Below are positions 37,691 to 50,010 of a stretch of 64,000 nucleotides of DNA, one piece after another. The position numbers and the translations under genes were made by a program. Every line of letters starts with the position of its first letter. Positions within the stretch are counted from its first letter, which is position 1. The notes under the pieces were generated by a model that worked only from the letters and a program-made list of their open reading frames with translations, made no database searches and was not told the DNA's origin. The stretch is from Podarcis erhardii (Eukaryota), in the NCBI GenBank assembly GCA_964252035.1, contig OZ176205.1, one strand, 5' to 3'.

Positions 37691-38302
37691 CCCTCTGGTT
37701 GGGCGCCTCCCTTACTCCAGCAAAGGAACAATCAGCAACCCCCTTTAAGCTCCCAGTAGCTCCTTTGAATCCCCACCCTTACTTGCCCAACACCTGATGT
37801 CATGTGCAAGGAGAAGAACTAAGTTGATTAAGCTAGAAAAATAATTGTAGGGTTTCTACTGCTGAGTAACTGATTAAGTGAGATGGAGAGTGTTAGTGAA
37901 GATGTTGCCATGGAATCAGGGGACATGGAACAGAGGATTTTGGAGAATGGCTATATTTTTAATAAAATTGTATTGGTGAGGGAAGATCCCAGAATATGCA
38001 GTCCTGTCTTGATTTGTGATTATTGAATGAAGAGCAACAAAGCCTTGTTTGTAGCATGGGACCACCGTCTTGTGATACCTAGGCCTGGATACTACTGCCC
38101 AGAAAGCGATAAGTTATTGGATGCTGTGCAGATACTGGAAATAAATATAACTATTTCCTGTGATAGAGTTCACTCATTGGCGCTGATTACAATCATTTTC
38201 CTAACATTTCTCTGATGCTTTGTTCATGTTGCATAACTTTAAGCTATTTTTTCATGGTGTTAGATTTCCTTAAGCTCAGTTGTATCCTTGTTTTCTCCTT
38301 AG

Positions 38303-38470
38303 AAGCGGTCGGTGGAAGATTTAAAGGAGCGCTACTATCACATCTGTGCCAAGCTGGCCAACATCCGTGCTACCCCAGGCACTGACTTGAAAATCCCTGT
38401 TTTTGATGCTGGCCATGAAAGGCGCCGGAAAGAACAGCTAGAGAGGCTATATAATCGGACACCAGAGCAG
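38303..38470 (+). CDS. DMAP1: DMAP1 coding exon 5 (KRSVEDLKERYYHIC...RRRKEQLERLYNRTPEQ), 168 nt
   Basis: ttctccttag acceptor, cag|gtaatg donor; end of SANT domain (RSVEDLKERYY). Confidence 0.98.
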
Positions 38471-38821
38471 GTAATGCCAGGAAACGTTGCAAGGCAGCCT
38501 GGCCTCACATTATCTTACACTGGATCTGTAGCAATAGCTCGTCATTTCTGGGTACTCCCCAGGGCCCTTCAGGGCTGCTAATGTGACTCCTGTTGGAGGT
38601 AGTAGTAGGTGCACCTGCCATCCTTTAAGCGTGATTTATCAAGTAATGGGCATACACATATTAAGTGATCACTGTGAATAATGGAATAACTACTAGAAAA
38701 CAAAGTGTGTTAAAATACGTTTTATTTGATTTTTGTCTGAGAAGGATAGAAGCGTAGTGCTTGTCAAGTTCTATCTCTGGATTTCAGACAATGCATTTAG
38801 CATATTTTTCTTTTCCGTAAT

Positions 38822-38958
38822 GCAGTGGTGTCCACACTTTTTTCAAAGAGGGCCAGATTTGATGAAGTGAAGGGCTGTGAGGGATTGAAGTTGTTGAGCT
38901 TTTTTAGGCAGGCCGGATTAGGTCGCCAAAACGGATTTTGGACATGTGTGCACTACTG
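38822..38958. mobile_element. hAT-Charlie-like fragment
   Basis: Typical cagtggtgtccacactttttt...gagggccagattt left end; right end unclear. Confidence 0.5.
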
Positions 38959-39609
38959 TATGGGTACTTGCATTACCTGGAGAAAATCAGTTGCTTTCAT
39001 GAAACACCCTGGACACACCATCATTTTGTAACTTGTAGTTTGTATTTTGTAGCTCGTAGTTTGGTGGTGAAGGTGCTGGCAGCAACTGCCTGATCTGGTA
39101 TTGGCTGAGAATGTTAATAAACATTCATATTTCTGAGGAAATGAAACAAAGTGAGCAGGAGTATCTGTGAGGGTATAGCTAGGGCAGCCTGTGTGCTGAA
39201 AATGGGGGAAGGGGTCAAGAAAGGAAAGGAAGGGACTTGTAAATTATGTGTGGTGGAAGAAAGTGAGACTGTGAAGAGCCCTTATATAGGCAGGAGATAC
39301 GAAAAGAGAGACAATGAGATAGTGACATTAACAACGTAGAATCTATATACTATAGCCTGCTATATACATAGTGAGAGCTTTGGAATCTGATTGGCTGTGG
39401 AATCTAGTGTTTCACGGCTTCATGAGCCTTTAAAAATTGCTTGGGTGAGAACATTGTACTATTTGTTGCTGCTTTTGTCTCTCTAGTAGTATATTACTTG
39501 GCTCCCAGAAGACCACAGGGCAGGTGAAACCCAGGCCAGAAGCACATCTGTTGCCATTAAGTGGCCCCTTTGGATTGCTTTTCCAGTCATGTTTCCGTTT
39601 CACCTGTAG

Positions 39610-39795
39610 GTGGCAGAGGAGGAATATCTAATCCAGGAGCTGCGGAAAATCGAAGCCAGGAAGAAAGAGAGGGAGAAGCGAACACAAGACTTGCAGAAAC
39701 TCATCACCGCCGCTGACACCACCACTGAACAAAGACGTGCAGAGCGCAAGGCACCCAAGAAGAAGCTGCCACAGAAGAAAGAGACGGAGAAGCCT
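39610..39795 (+). CDS. DMAP1: DMAP1 coding exon 6 (VAEEEYLIQELRKIEARKKERE...KKETEKP), coiled coil, 186 nt
   Basis: cacctgtag acceptor; donor cct|gtaaat at 39796 keeps phase 0 with exon 7. Confidence 0.95.
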
Positions 39796-42700
39796 GTAAA
39801 TATCTTGTGCCTGCCCTCTTTGTTAGGGCTCTACCTTGCCATTTGTCTGCCACGGCCTGGGGCAGGGAGTGAGGGGTGGTGTGCCGGTCCTTGCCATATA
39901 AGCATTGTTTCTGTGTTTTTGTTTGTTTCTTTTTAGACCCTCATATCTCTTGGGGTGTGGAGAAAAGTTGGGTTTCAATCATATTGCAAGCTGCAGAGGG
40001 ATTTTGGTTAAGCTGGAAGGACTTGAAAGTGTTGCACTAGGAAGGAGAGAAACTGGACTCATGCAAAGCCCTCTCAGAGACCAAGCAGTTCAGTGGTTAG
40101 TGAATACACAGCAAGGAACTTGCTCTTCTTTGTGCCATGCAGCATAGCAACACAAGGGGAGATTAGGGAAATTTGAAAGAAGCACATTTTTCAGCTGGTT
40201 TCTTCTAAAAAAATTACAATTACAGGATGAGGTAGTGGTCAGACTCCCTTCTCGGGTTTCCCAGAGTTTCTGGGACTGGCATAATTGACAGGCTTGCAGA
40301 GGAATTGAAGCTCTTCCAATCTAGGGTTAAGCCAATATTTTTGAAATGTTAAAAGAGAATGATCTTTAGTTGATGTTCCTGCCCTATCCTAGAACAAGTG
40401 TTTTTATGCCTTCCTAAAACGTCAAGATGGTAGGTGTAAATGGATAACATAAGGAGCAGCATTGACACTCATTTATTTATAAACCAAAAATTATATACAA
40501 CCACACACAGAACACCAAGGTGGTGCACAAAAAATACCAATGTAAATGAAATGCCTCTTTGCCTCTACCTTTCCTATGTTCAGTTGTGAACTTCTCACTC
40601 ATTCTATGAAATATTAGACCACAATATGATTTACATGTTGTGAGTGGTGGAACAACGGAATATCTTAATAATATATGAAATGTCTAGCACTGTGTTTTAT
40701 TTAGAATACACTGTGGAATTACCGCATTGACTCCATGCAGTTTCTGGGGAAAGGACTCTGCCTTTCCGATGGCTGTAAGGAGTGAGATGAGTAGGAAGAA
40801 GCCACTACACACTTAAAAAAGGAAAGGAAAAAAAGTTTGCACCACTTTGTGTCACTACAGGCTTACTGCTTGTTAGGACTGCTCTGCTGACTTGGGTTGG
40901 GCTGCCCTGAAGGTTTGTGGTTTCAGTTTCCCTTTGCCTCTTCGTCAGCCAGATTGTTCCATGCCATGCAGCATGTGGAATCAAATAGCCACTCAAAATG
41001 CTTGAGGCGTGTTTGGCTGTCTCCCCCAGTATTGCCTGGGGCCCTTGTGCCTGCCTATAGGTAAGCACCTCAGGGCTCCTGAAGGCAGCTTCTGTTGTTG
41101 CACTAGTGCTGTTTCAACCATGACAGAGTCCATTAGGAGTCAATTACCAACTGTAGCAGGGAAACGTGTGTGTGTGTTTTTGAAAAAAAAAAAAAAGCAT
41201 TTTAACTAAGAATTTGAATTGAGGGCTGTATCAGCATCATCTCAACAAAGGGAAGTCATTTACCAAAGAGTCAATTGAGGTTGAAGCATTTACAGCTCAT
41301 GCTGGCGTGTGAGGGATAGCAACCTGTTTAATTGCTCTGATGTGAGGTGAAGACAGACTGTGCAGTGTGGGAGGGAGTTAGTGTGTCCCTCATTTTCATT
41401 AGGGTTTAGGCGGATAATTGTCAAGGTGAGATGGCAGGGGCATGCACAAAACTGCTCCAGGATTCTCTTGAACAGAATAACATGGAGAAGTTTGGTTGCA
41501 TCAGTGCCTTTAGTATGGAGCGGAGTCTGCAGGTCCCAGGATGCATTGCTGCTGATCCAGTCGGTGTAGAGTTTATCTGTACCCCCTGCTGCTGCCATCA
41601 CGGTAGTCCATCTTTCTTGCTTTGGCTTCAGGTCACCCTAGGCACTAGGTTAAATTTATTAACTAGGGACTGCAATAAAGTGTTCTTTAATACTGTGTGT
41701 GTCAGGCTAAAGAGCCCCCACAACAGATTTTGACTCTTTGGTGAAGGGCCAAATGATAAAGGGATTTTGTCATATTATCTTCCCTCCAGTGTCCCAAAAG
41801 GATAGAATAACTAATTTGTTGTAATCAACACAGTTTCCTGGGCTGTGAATGGGGGCTTTCCTTTGTTTGCAACGTGGGAAATCAAATGGCATAGCTTCAA
41901 CAGGTTAGGTCTTGGCCAAACACAAGTAAGAAAGTTTGCTGCTAAATGACGGGAGATAATTCCCTGCTCAGCGAATTATCTCAGTGATTATTGTACTAGT
42001 CATCAGTATTTCCTTGGGTTCACAGAATATATCAGTTGTCTCATGGATGATCCATGGTATATCGCTTTACAATATTGAAATTTCTGGGTGGAAAGGCTTT
42101 TTTAAAAAAATGAATGTTCAATAGAATGATGTGTTGGACTGGTGACAATTTTTCTTTTGAGAAGCATATATGTATCCAAACATATATGTATCCAACTCAC
42201 CCCCTGTCTTCTGACTTCCAGTCAGCTTTAACAGCTTCCTAGGATTACTATAGCTCCCTTTTAATTAAGCAAGATCCATGTTATTTGGAGGCAAAGATAA
42301 AGGGATCTGCAATAGAGCTTATTATGTTGGGTTTCTTTCTTCCTCTGCTGAGGATATGCACACACGCTTTTAAACTTATAGCTTAATTGTCCAAGAATTT
42401 ATTGTATTGAAGCATTTGTGAATCTGCAGTGTTTAAACAGCGGATAAATTACATGCTTAGCTTGTAATGGGAAAATATTTGGCTAGAAGAGAAATACATT
42501 ATTCCTGGTGAAAAATGCAAGGCACTATGAGATGGGTATATTTCCCCACAGCATGAAGTTCATGCAGGGAACAAATAGCTAGAACAAGAATAGTAAAGTT
42601 GTTTAGTACAAATGGTACAGAGATTAAATAGTTAATGGAAAGTGATACTAATCCTGGTTTATTGGCCGTAAACATGGAACAGAAAACATGCAATGATCAG

Positions 42701-43905
42701 GTGGGGAAAGTTTAAAGATACTCTTAAACAAATCTTAGATTCTCAAGATTTTGAGAAGTCATAATTTTGCATGTCAGAGTTGCACTCCAAAATATATCCA
42801 CGCTTGGGACCACACAGGGTTTTAAAACCTGCTTTATATCCAGGTTTGTAGTTATACTAGCGTGTTGTGAGTTCTACAGGTCAAGACTATTAGGTTGCAT
42901 CCAGTGTAGTGTTAAGGTGAATGTTCTGTCAGTTCAAGGGTTTCCTTTGCTCAACTGAATGTTCTTTTCTCTCTTGATGCGTCCAAAATTCTGTTCTGGG
43001 GGTTCCCCCAACCCTCTGGATCAGATTTGGTTCACAGGGAAGAAGAAGGAAGAAATCCCATTGTGCTAGAGCTAATCCTTGCACTTGTGCAAGAATTTAA
43101 TTGACTATTGCTATAATGCTTTAGGGCTGGGGGCCAGAAGGCATACCCTCCAATATTCCGCATGAAAATAGGGACATACTATGCTTTAGAAATGTCCCTA
43201 TCTTCAGACTGTTCAGGTAGCAATGGGCATTCTACTTTATGCAGCATAGTAAAAAGATTGAGGCTAAAATAATTCAGAATGGATCAAAGCAAACAGATTT
43301 TAAACCAGTGAACAAATCAGTGTGGTGGTTGACTAACTTTGTGTAAAATGATTCATGAAAGTAATTTTATCTGTTGGAGTCTGTTTTCAGGAATTGGGCA
43401 AAACAAAGATGCAGAAGTTAATTGAGGTTTTGGAGACCTAAATAGCATTCTTACAGTCCTAGCTAGTGTGAGGCCCTGTAGATTTTAGCCTAGTAGAATC
43501 CAGAAGAGACTGCTGTTAGGGTAGTGCTGCTTTTAAGGACAATGTCACACGTTATGTCAGTATAGTTTGTGCTATTTTGTTTCGTCTAGCGCTATGAAAC
43601 CCTTTCCATGTCCCACTGGTTGTTTTAGATGCAATTTGCCTCCATAATTTTTAGTACGTTCCTAGTACGGCTAGATTTGTACCAGCAGAAATTGTTGATA
43701 TCTTAACATATCAAAGCCACCTTTGGCAATTCAAAAGGCATTAAAATTAATGGGTGCAGTTCTCAAAATCCATAGTTTCCCCCAGTCTTGCTTAGCAGGG
43801 CCTTCTTAGTGCAGACATTGATAGCTGCCTCTCTGTCAGAGAGTGGTCTTTGTACATCCTTTTGCATTTCCTTTTCTCAACATATGCTGTCTTTTTCTCT
43901 TTTAG

Positions 43906-43977
43906 GCTGTTCCAGAGACTGCTGGCATCAAGTTTCCGGACTTCAAGTCTGCAGGTGTCACACTGCGGAGTCAGAGG
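43906..43977 (+). CDS. DMAP1: DMAP1 coding exon 7 (AVPETAGIKFPDFKSAGVTLRSQR), 72 nt
   Basis: Long pyrimidine tract ending ttttag, agg|gtaggc donor; conserved GIKFPDFKSAGVTLRSQR. Confidence 0.97.
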
Positions 43978-44610
43978 GTAGGCTACTATGTTGGTCATTG
44001 TTGCCCTGTGTGGATGCTTGATTGCTTTCATTTCCTATTTATTCTCCTTTTAAAGCTGTTAAAGGTCCATTGGAGTCTGGGCTGTAATATCAATGTGGGT
44101 TCTGGCTGGTCTCAGAAATAATAGCTGTGTGTTTGCACTAGAGGCCCACTAGAGGTGCCAGTTGTGCATGGCTGAACTTGCTTCTTTGCTCCTTAAGCCT
44201 CAACTGTTCTGACTATGTCTCTGCGCTCTTATGCTTCCATCTGAGGTCAGGTTATCATGCCTGATAATGGGACCCCAGCAGAATATGTAGCCAGGAGAAG
44301 AGTCCTGGGAAAATCATTGGGAAATGGATCACAAGCTAGCTCTGTCTTCTGCAAACTGCACTGTTCCCACAAGTAGTTTTAAAATAAAAATTAGACATAT
44401 GGATTTTGCAGCATTCTTCATGAGAAGAAGCAGTTGGGACATGGAACTAACTTTCTGCCTCTTTTGAAGTTAATCAGAGGGCATTTTTAATATTACAATG
44501 TTAACTCGTCAAATAACTTTCTGTTTCCCCATTCTGTTGCTTCATTCCCCCTCCCCCCCCCCATTTACATAATGGCTCTTTTTCATAAAAGATAAACGAG
44601 GCAAAGGTGT

Positions 44611-45775
44611 TAGGTGCAGCTTAGGCCCACTCACTGCCCAGCAGTCTCCCAGCCTGAGCTGACAGAGCTGGTCTCAAAGATTTTGTTGAGGACTCCCAGA
44701 CTGCTAGTTTTGAGGGACTTCAACATCCATGCTGAAGTAACTGGCTTTGGGGTGGCTCAGGGCTTCATGGCCACCATGACAGCCCTGGGGCTGTCCCAAC
44801 ATGTCATTGGCCCAATGCATGAAAGTGGGGGATATTGACACAAGTCCCTTGTTGTGGTCAGATCCCTGTTAAGATTTAGACTTTCAGCACCTTTTCCCCT
44901 GTGCAGAGGCAGGGGATCTATTAGGACGGTCCACCCTCAGAGGCTGATGGATCCAATGGGTTTCCAGTCAGCGCTGGGGTATTTTCCAGCTGATATGACT
45001 GGTGCTCTTGTCAAAGCCTCAGCCAACCTCTGGAACATCTGAATGGCTCGGGCTATTGACATGATTGTACCTGCTTTGTGGAGCTTGCTTGGCTCCCTGT
45101 TATACTCCAGAGCTTAGGGTAAGGAAACAAGATGGGAGATAGCTTGAATGTGAGTGGAGGAAAACTCCAGTTGAATGCAGCTTAACACTGGCGAGGGCTC
45201 ATCATTGAGCCTACACAGTGGCAGTGAAGGCAGCAAAGAAGGCATACTTTGCTATCTCCATTGTATCCCTGTTGAACCGTCAGGCAGAGCTTCTTGCATT
45301 CTGGCCTGAAGGAGGTGATAGAACCAATGGTAACTTACTGTGACTTGCTTGCAAAGCATTTTGAGGACAAAATCACCTGCATCCGCTGGTAGGATCTTGA
45401 GTTCACGAGTACAATATATGAATTTCAAAGGGTATCCTGAGCACTGTCTAGACCTGTTGTGTTGGATGAGTTTTCGTTTGGAAGGGTTGATGTGGACAAG
45501 GTGCTTGGATTGATCAGGGTGACCATTTGCGCTCTGGACTCTTGCTCCCCTTGGCTGATAAAAACTAACAGGGGGGGTTTCGGCTGGCTGGGCCAGGCAG
45601 GTGATTACTGCCTCCTTGCAAGATGAGGTGGTCCCTGCCTTCTTGAAGGAGGCAATGGTGAAATCATTCCTCAAGAAACCCTCCCTGGATTCGGAAAATC
45701 TAAGTAACTACCAGCCAGTTGTCAAGCTCCCCTCCTTGGACAAGGTTCGTGAGCAAGTGGTTGCAAATCAGATCC
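44611..45775 (+). mobile_element. Decayed L2-clade LINE ORF2 fragment (endonuclease to start of RT), intron 7
   Basis: LLVLRDFNIHAE and LKEAMVKSFLKKPSLD..LSNYQPV..LPSLDKV.EQVVANQ; disrupted frames. Confidence 0.88.
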
Positions 45776-48700
45776 CTTACTGAGCAAGCTAATCACTGAT
45801 GGCGTTGTCAGGGTTGTGGCTTTGCTGTATGACATGTCTCAGAACTCCTAATACAGTAGGAAGAGCGAATTGGCTACAGTGCATATATGAGAAATCTGTT
45901 GCTGACAGTAGGTTAATTGGTGTAACTTTGGGATATGCCTTGGAATGCTACTTGCAGCAGCAGCAGGGAGGTGAGTGGCTATCGCTTGGTTCAGCCTTAA
46001 TAACAAACCATGGTTTGTTTGCTTTGAGCATGAGCCTTGGGTTTACATGGTCTTCCCACCTCTTTGCAAGTGAGGAGATGAGATTGAAAGCAATTTCTTG
46101 TTTTGTCCAAACCTGAGGAAACTGTAGTTTCTTCCCTTTAAAAAAAAAGGGGGGGGGAGGAAAGATGGGAGAGTGCATGAGACTTTCATTTGAAACAACT
46201 GTCTCAATCAGGCCAAAGCATTGAAGTGAAATGTTCTGGCAAGGTCACCAGGTTTTCCACAGTCTTCATCATACTCCAATATGGACGGGGACTTTGGCTT
46301 ATTAGGGAGGCCTGGGTTTAGTTTTGCAGAGATCCTAGACTATTAATTATTTGAGTCCCTCCTTCTGAACTCAAACCTGTACCATCTTTATCAGCTTCAT
46401 TTTATGCTCAACATAGTAAGCAAGATTTTATATTTTTGGTTATTTTCATGCAACTATAAAACTAAAGATTAAAAAACCCATCCACCAGCAAGGGTTCTAT
46501 ATTATTAGAAGTACTTCATTAACAGAGTTTGTCTTTTGCCCAGGACCATTTCCCCTCCCTTCAAAGATCTTGAGATGCCTAAAATTTAAGACCATAGTCA
46601 TATGCCAAGACTGGTCATTGGTAAATCTACCTCCATTACTGGGATATGTTGTTATTAAATATCAACATTGTTTTGGCTAGGGAATCACTGGGTGAAAAGA
46701 TATTGGGTGATGAGAATTGACCTTTGACCACTCATTTAACCTTGTCTGAGGTCCCAGTTCATGCATTAGGAGTGTAGCACGGCTGCCATTGCTTTGTAAT
46801 TGGATCCTTCGCTTCGCTGGCAAGATTCACAGGGCAGAACTGCATAGAATGGGGGAATAAAATGCTAAGTTAACATCAGTTGACTAGTGCCCAGTCGTTC
46901 CTGCAGCCATTCTATATCCATAATCTCTTAATTGGGCCTCTGTCTTCAAGGGTTAATAGTTTTCTCTACGCTGCTGGCACTCATGGAGCCTGGAGGCTTT
47001 ACCAATATTTGTGTGGCATTTCCAAAGCTTCTGCAAGTGATTGTGATTCTAAGTGTTGGCCTGGATTGGAAAAAGCTGGCTTTATTGGGCTGTTATTTCT
47101 GCCAGTATGTGCTTTGGTGCCAGCACTCCCACCTCTGTTTTTGATTGACAAGGTTTGGAGATGGTGTGCAGTGTGACATACGCAAAGGTGAGCAGACATG
47201 GAAGCCCTGGGGAGCAATCGGGAGAGGATTTGTTAACTGCCTGGATTAAGTCCTCTTTCTAAACAGCTTGTTCAGATTTTCTTCTGCAGTTAGTTGCAAT
47301 GGAGAAGCAAGGGGCAGCTTTGTATCTAAGATCAACATGATGTTTTCTGCATAATAGTGAGGGAAATTATTTGCTTGAATATCATAAAAAAACCAGTGCT
47401 CCCCCAGTTCTGGCTTAATGAAGATCTTACAAATTAACATATTTGTTTGGAAGTGCCCTGATAATGTCCTGTATTCTTTCCTACTCCTGATAATTTCCTT
47501 AATTCGATAATAGTCTTTTAAAGCTTGCAGAGTAACCAAGTGCTGGCAATCAGGAGTTTAGAGAAATTTGAAGGGGGGAAAAGCAGTTATCACTACAAGT
47601 TCTATACAGATCTTTTGCTTCTACAATTAATTATCAGAAATTAACAGCTGAATTTGGTTTTCAAAAGACCAAACCTGATCATTGTAGTCCTTAAAGAATT
47701 GAACTAAAGCAATCTTCCCTTCCTCAATCTAGACCTCTTGGGAAGAGTGGGGTGTAGTAGTCACTTTGAAAAAGGGGCAGTTTTGTATGATTCAAATATA
47801 TTGTGTGCCAGTGAATTTGAAATGTGTGCACAAATTTCATATCTCCCCTCACTTTTTGGGGGGAGAAATTTATTCCTGTAGACTTTCATGCTGCCAGCCT
47901 AGAATAGAATGAAGGCTTTAAATCTGTGTTCTCTCTGAATGTGGACTTCTTTTATATTTAACCTTAATATTCCCTCTGTGTTAATATACATTTTGTCAGG
48001 CAATTTTGTTGATACGTTTTCTTGCTACCCTATCCCCCTTGCTAAAGAGAACATTGGCAAAGAATAGGTGTGTGTTTGGGTTCTGCTTTGGGGCTCTTGC
48101 CCTGAGTCTATGGGATGAGGCAAGAGGTCTGGACTCTAGACTGCTAAGTCTTTGATAATGAGGCAAAAACAGTAGGATAAAAGAAAGTTCTTAGCAGCCT
48201 CAGAGCCAGGGAGCGCACTGGGAGATGCTGTGGCGCAATTGTTTAGTTCACAGCTGGACACCTTCCACCAAGAAAGGCTTCCAGCCGGCAGTTTTACTTG
48301 TTACCTGCTAACTAGGATCTTGTAGACAAATTGGTGGTCAGACCAATTAAAAAGAAATAGGGGGAGAGGGAGCTTTCATTCCCATTGATTCACACATCCA
48401 CCCTCACTGGCTTTTAAATATTTACTAGCCAACTGAGCACTTTTTTAGCACTGATTAATGAGGTACAATCTACTGTGGTGCTTGCTTTTTCGGAGCACGG
48501 GGCTGGGGTGGGGGCTAGGATTGTACTACGCATTCAAGATAAACGAGTATTTTGGTCAAAGCTTGGCACGAGGGAGGGGGGAGGCTTAGGTATGTGTATA
48601 TATTAAATGCATGTTCTCAATATTTGATTTGTTTCGCTGTGAAGCGGTTGTGTGCGCTGCCTGTTTACTCTTCACCAGAGGCCCTTGGCCATGCGCCTTC

Positions 48701-49569
48701 TCTCTGACATTAATGCAGAGCCAGACCTCATCAGCTGCTAACGGGGGAAACATCTGTCTTTCTTCGCTTGATCAATACTGTCCCTTCAGAGGCCGAGCCT
48801 TGAAAGCAGTTACATAAAATACCAGTAATATTTATTTGGATTTGATAAATTTAATTACTTGGAACAATTAATAATTTATCTCTTTAGTATTGACTGTGCT
48901 GCAAGGCATTTTGGTGAGATAAGCTGATGGTAATCAGCACCTTCTTATTAGCCGGAAATTGTATGTTGCCACGATGGGAAAAGACTTCCAATGGTTAGAA
49001 AGATGAAGTGTTCTTGTTGCTTTTACTGACACATTCATGTAGTAACAGCGTGCAGAGCTAGACTCCACTACACAAATGTGTGAGATAATAGCTTGGGACA
49101 TGGAGCACGTGGCAAGATGGGCGGAAAGTGTGATTTGAATGTCATCTCTGTTTTACTAACAGATATTGAGCGCTGAAGCAATACAACTCAGAAGTATTCT
49201 TCTAACCCTTCATCAGTATGTCCAGTACTGCGGTGGTTCTCAGATCTTTTACTTATGGGAGACTGGTTGTAAAAAATGTGGGGCTTGTGTAATACTGTCA
49301 TGCCAGTGGATAGGATTTCCTCTCCTCCCCATCTGCTCCAAAGGGTCTCCCAGCTCTCTGGAGGGAATTTGGGGAGATTGCGGAAGGAGGAAAGGAAGGG
49401 TAAGCAGAAGTTTTTGTCGTGCCAGTGTGATGCCACAAATGGCTGTCACCCTTGATTAATTGAAAGATGAGATTTCATAAGCTAAAGCGCCTGATCACAA
49501 ATGCACCAAATGGGCAATGAAGGTTTCGTATGAATGTGCAAGTGTGTGTGCACCCACTTACCCCCTGCA

Positions 49570-50010
49570 TTTGGGGCCAAATTTAAAGTGCTGGCTTTAG
49601 TGATTGAAGTCTTAAGTCCAGGTTATGTGAAAGACTGCCTGTACCTGCATCAGGCTGCCTGAGCTTTATGATAAGTTATGGACACTATATTTTCTGAACT
49701 GTAGATTAGAGGCTAATGGGTATCAAGAAAAGGGCCTTTTCAGTGGTGATCCCACAGTTACAGAATATGACCCCCACCCCCTGCCCATGAAGTGACTTTT
49801 ACTTGCTTTCAGAAAAGGATCCTTAAGATGTTGTTATTTTAATCATCTTTTTAAATTCTTTTTTAAAAAATAGTTGTCTTTTACTGCTAACTTTAAATGA
49901 ATTACTTATATGATTGAATGCATATGTTCTATTACTGCTTTTATATGCTGCCTTGGGAGGACAATTGTCCTGCCAAGTGGAATGTAAATCTTTAAATAAA
50001 CAAATACCTG
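49570..50010 (+). mobile_element. L2 LINE 3' fragment, intron 7
   Basis: caaatttaaagtgctgg (QFKVL)...agggccttttcagtggtg (RAFSV), then gctgccttgggagg...aaataaacaaata tail. Confidence 0.7.

Noticed and set aside
33860-38190. LTR-like stretches near 33860-34220 and 37798-38190 (also 26668-26960)
   Set aside because: TG...CA ends could be chosen, but no matching target-site duplication was found.
41953-41982. 10-bp-arm hairpin gagataattc/gaattatctc
   Set aside because: Within chance expectation for 64 kb.
44146-44159. CTCF-like CCACTAGAGGTGCC
   Set aside because: Mismatches the core at several informative positions (GGC expected).
45252-45674. 140-aa minus-strand ORF
   Set aside because: Antisense to a decayed L2 ORF2 fragment.
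36685-45775. The two intronic L2 fragments as halves of one rearranged element (44.6-kb copy ends about where the RT part of the 37-kb copy resumes)
   Set aside because: Both contain the same endonuclease segment with clearly different sequences, so they are separate insertions and the breakpoint match is probably coincidence.
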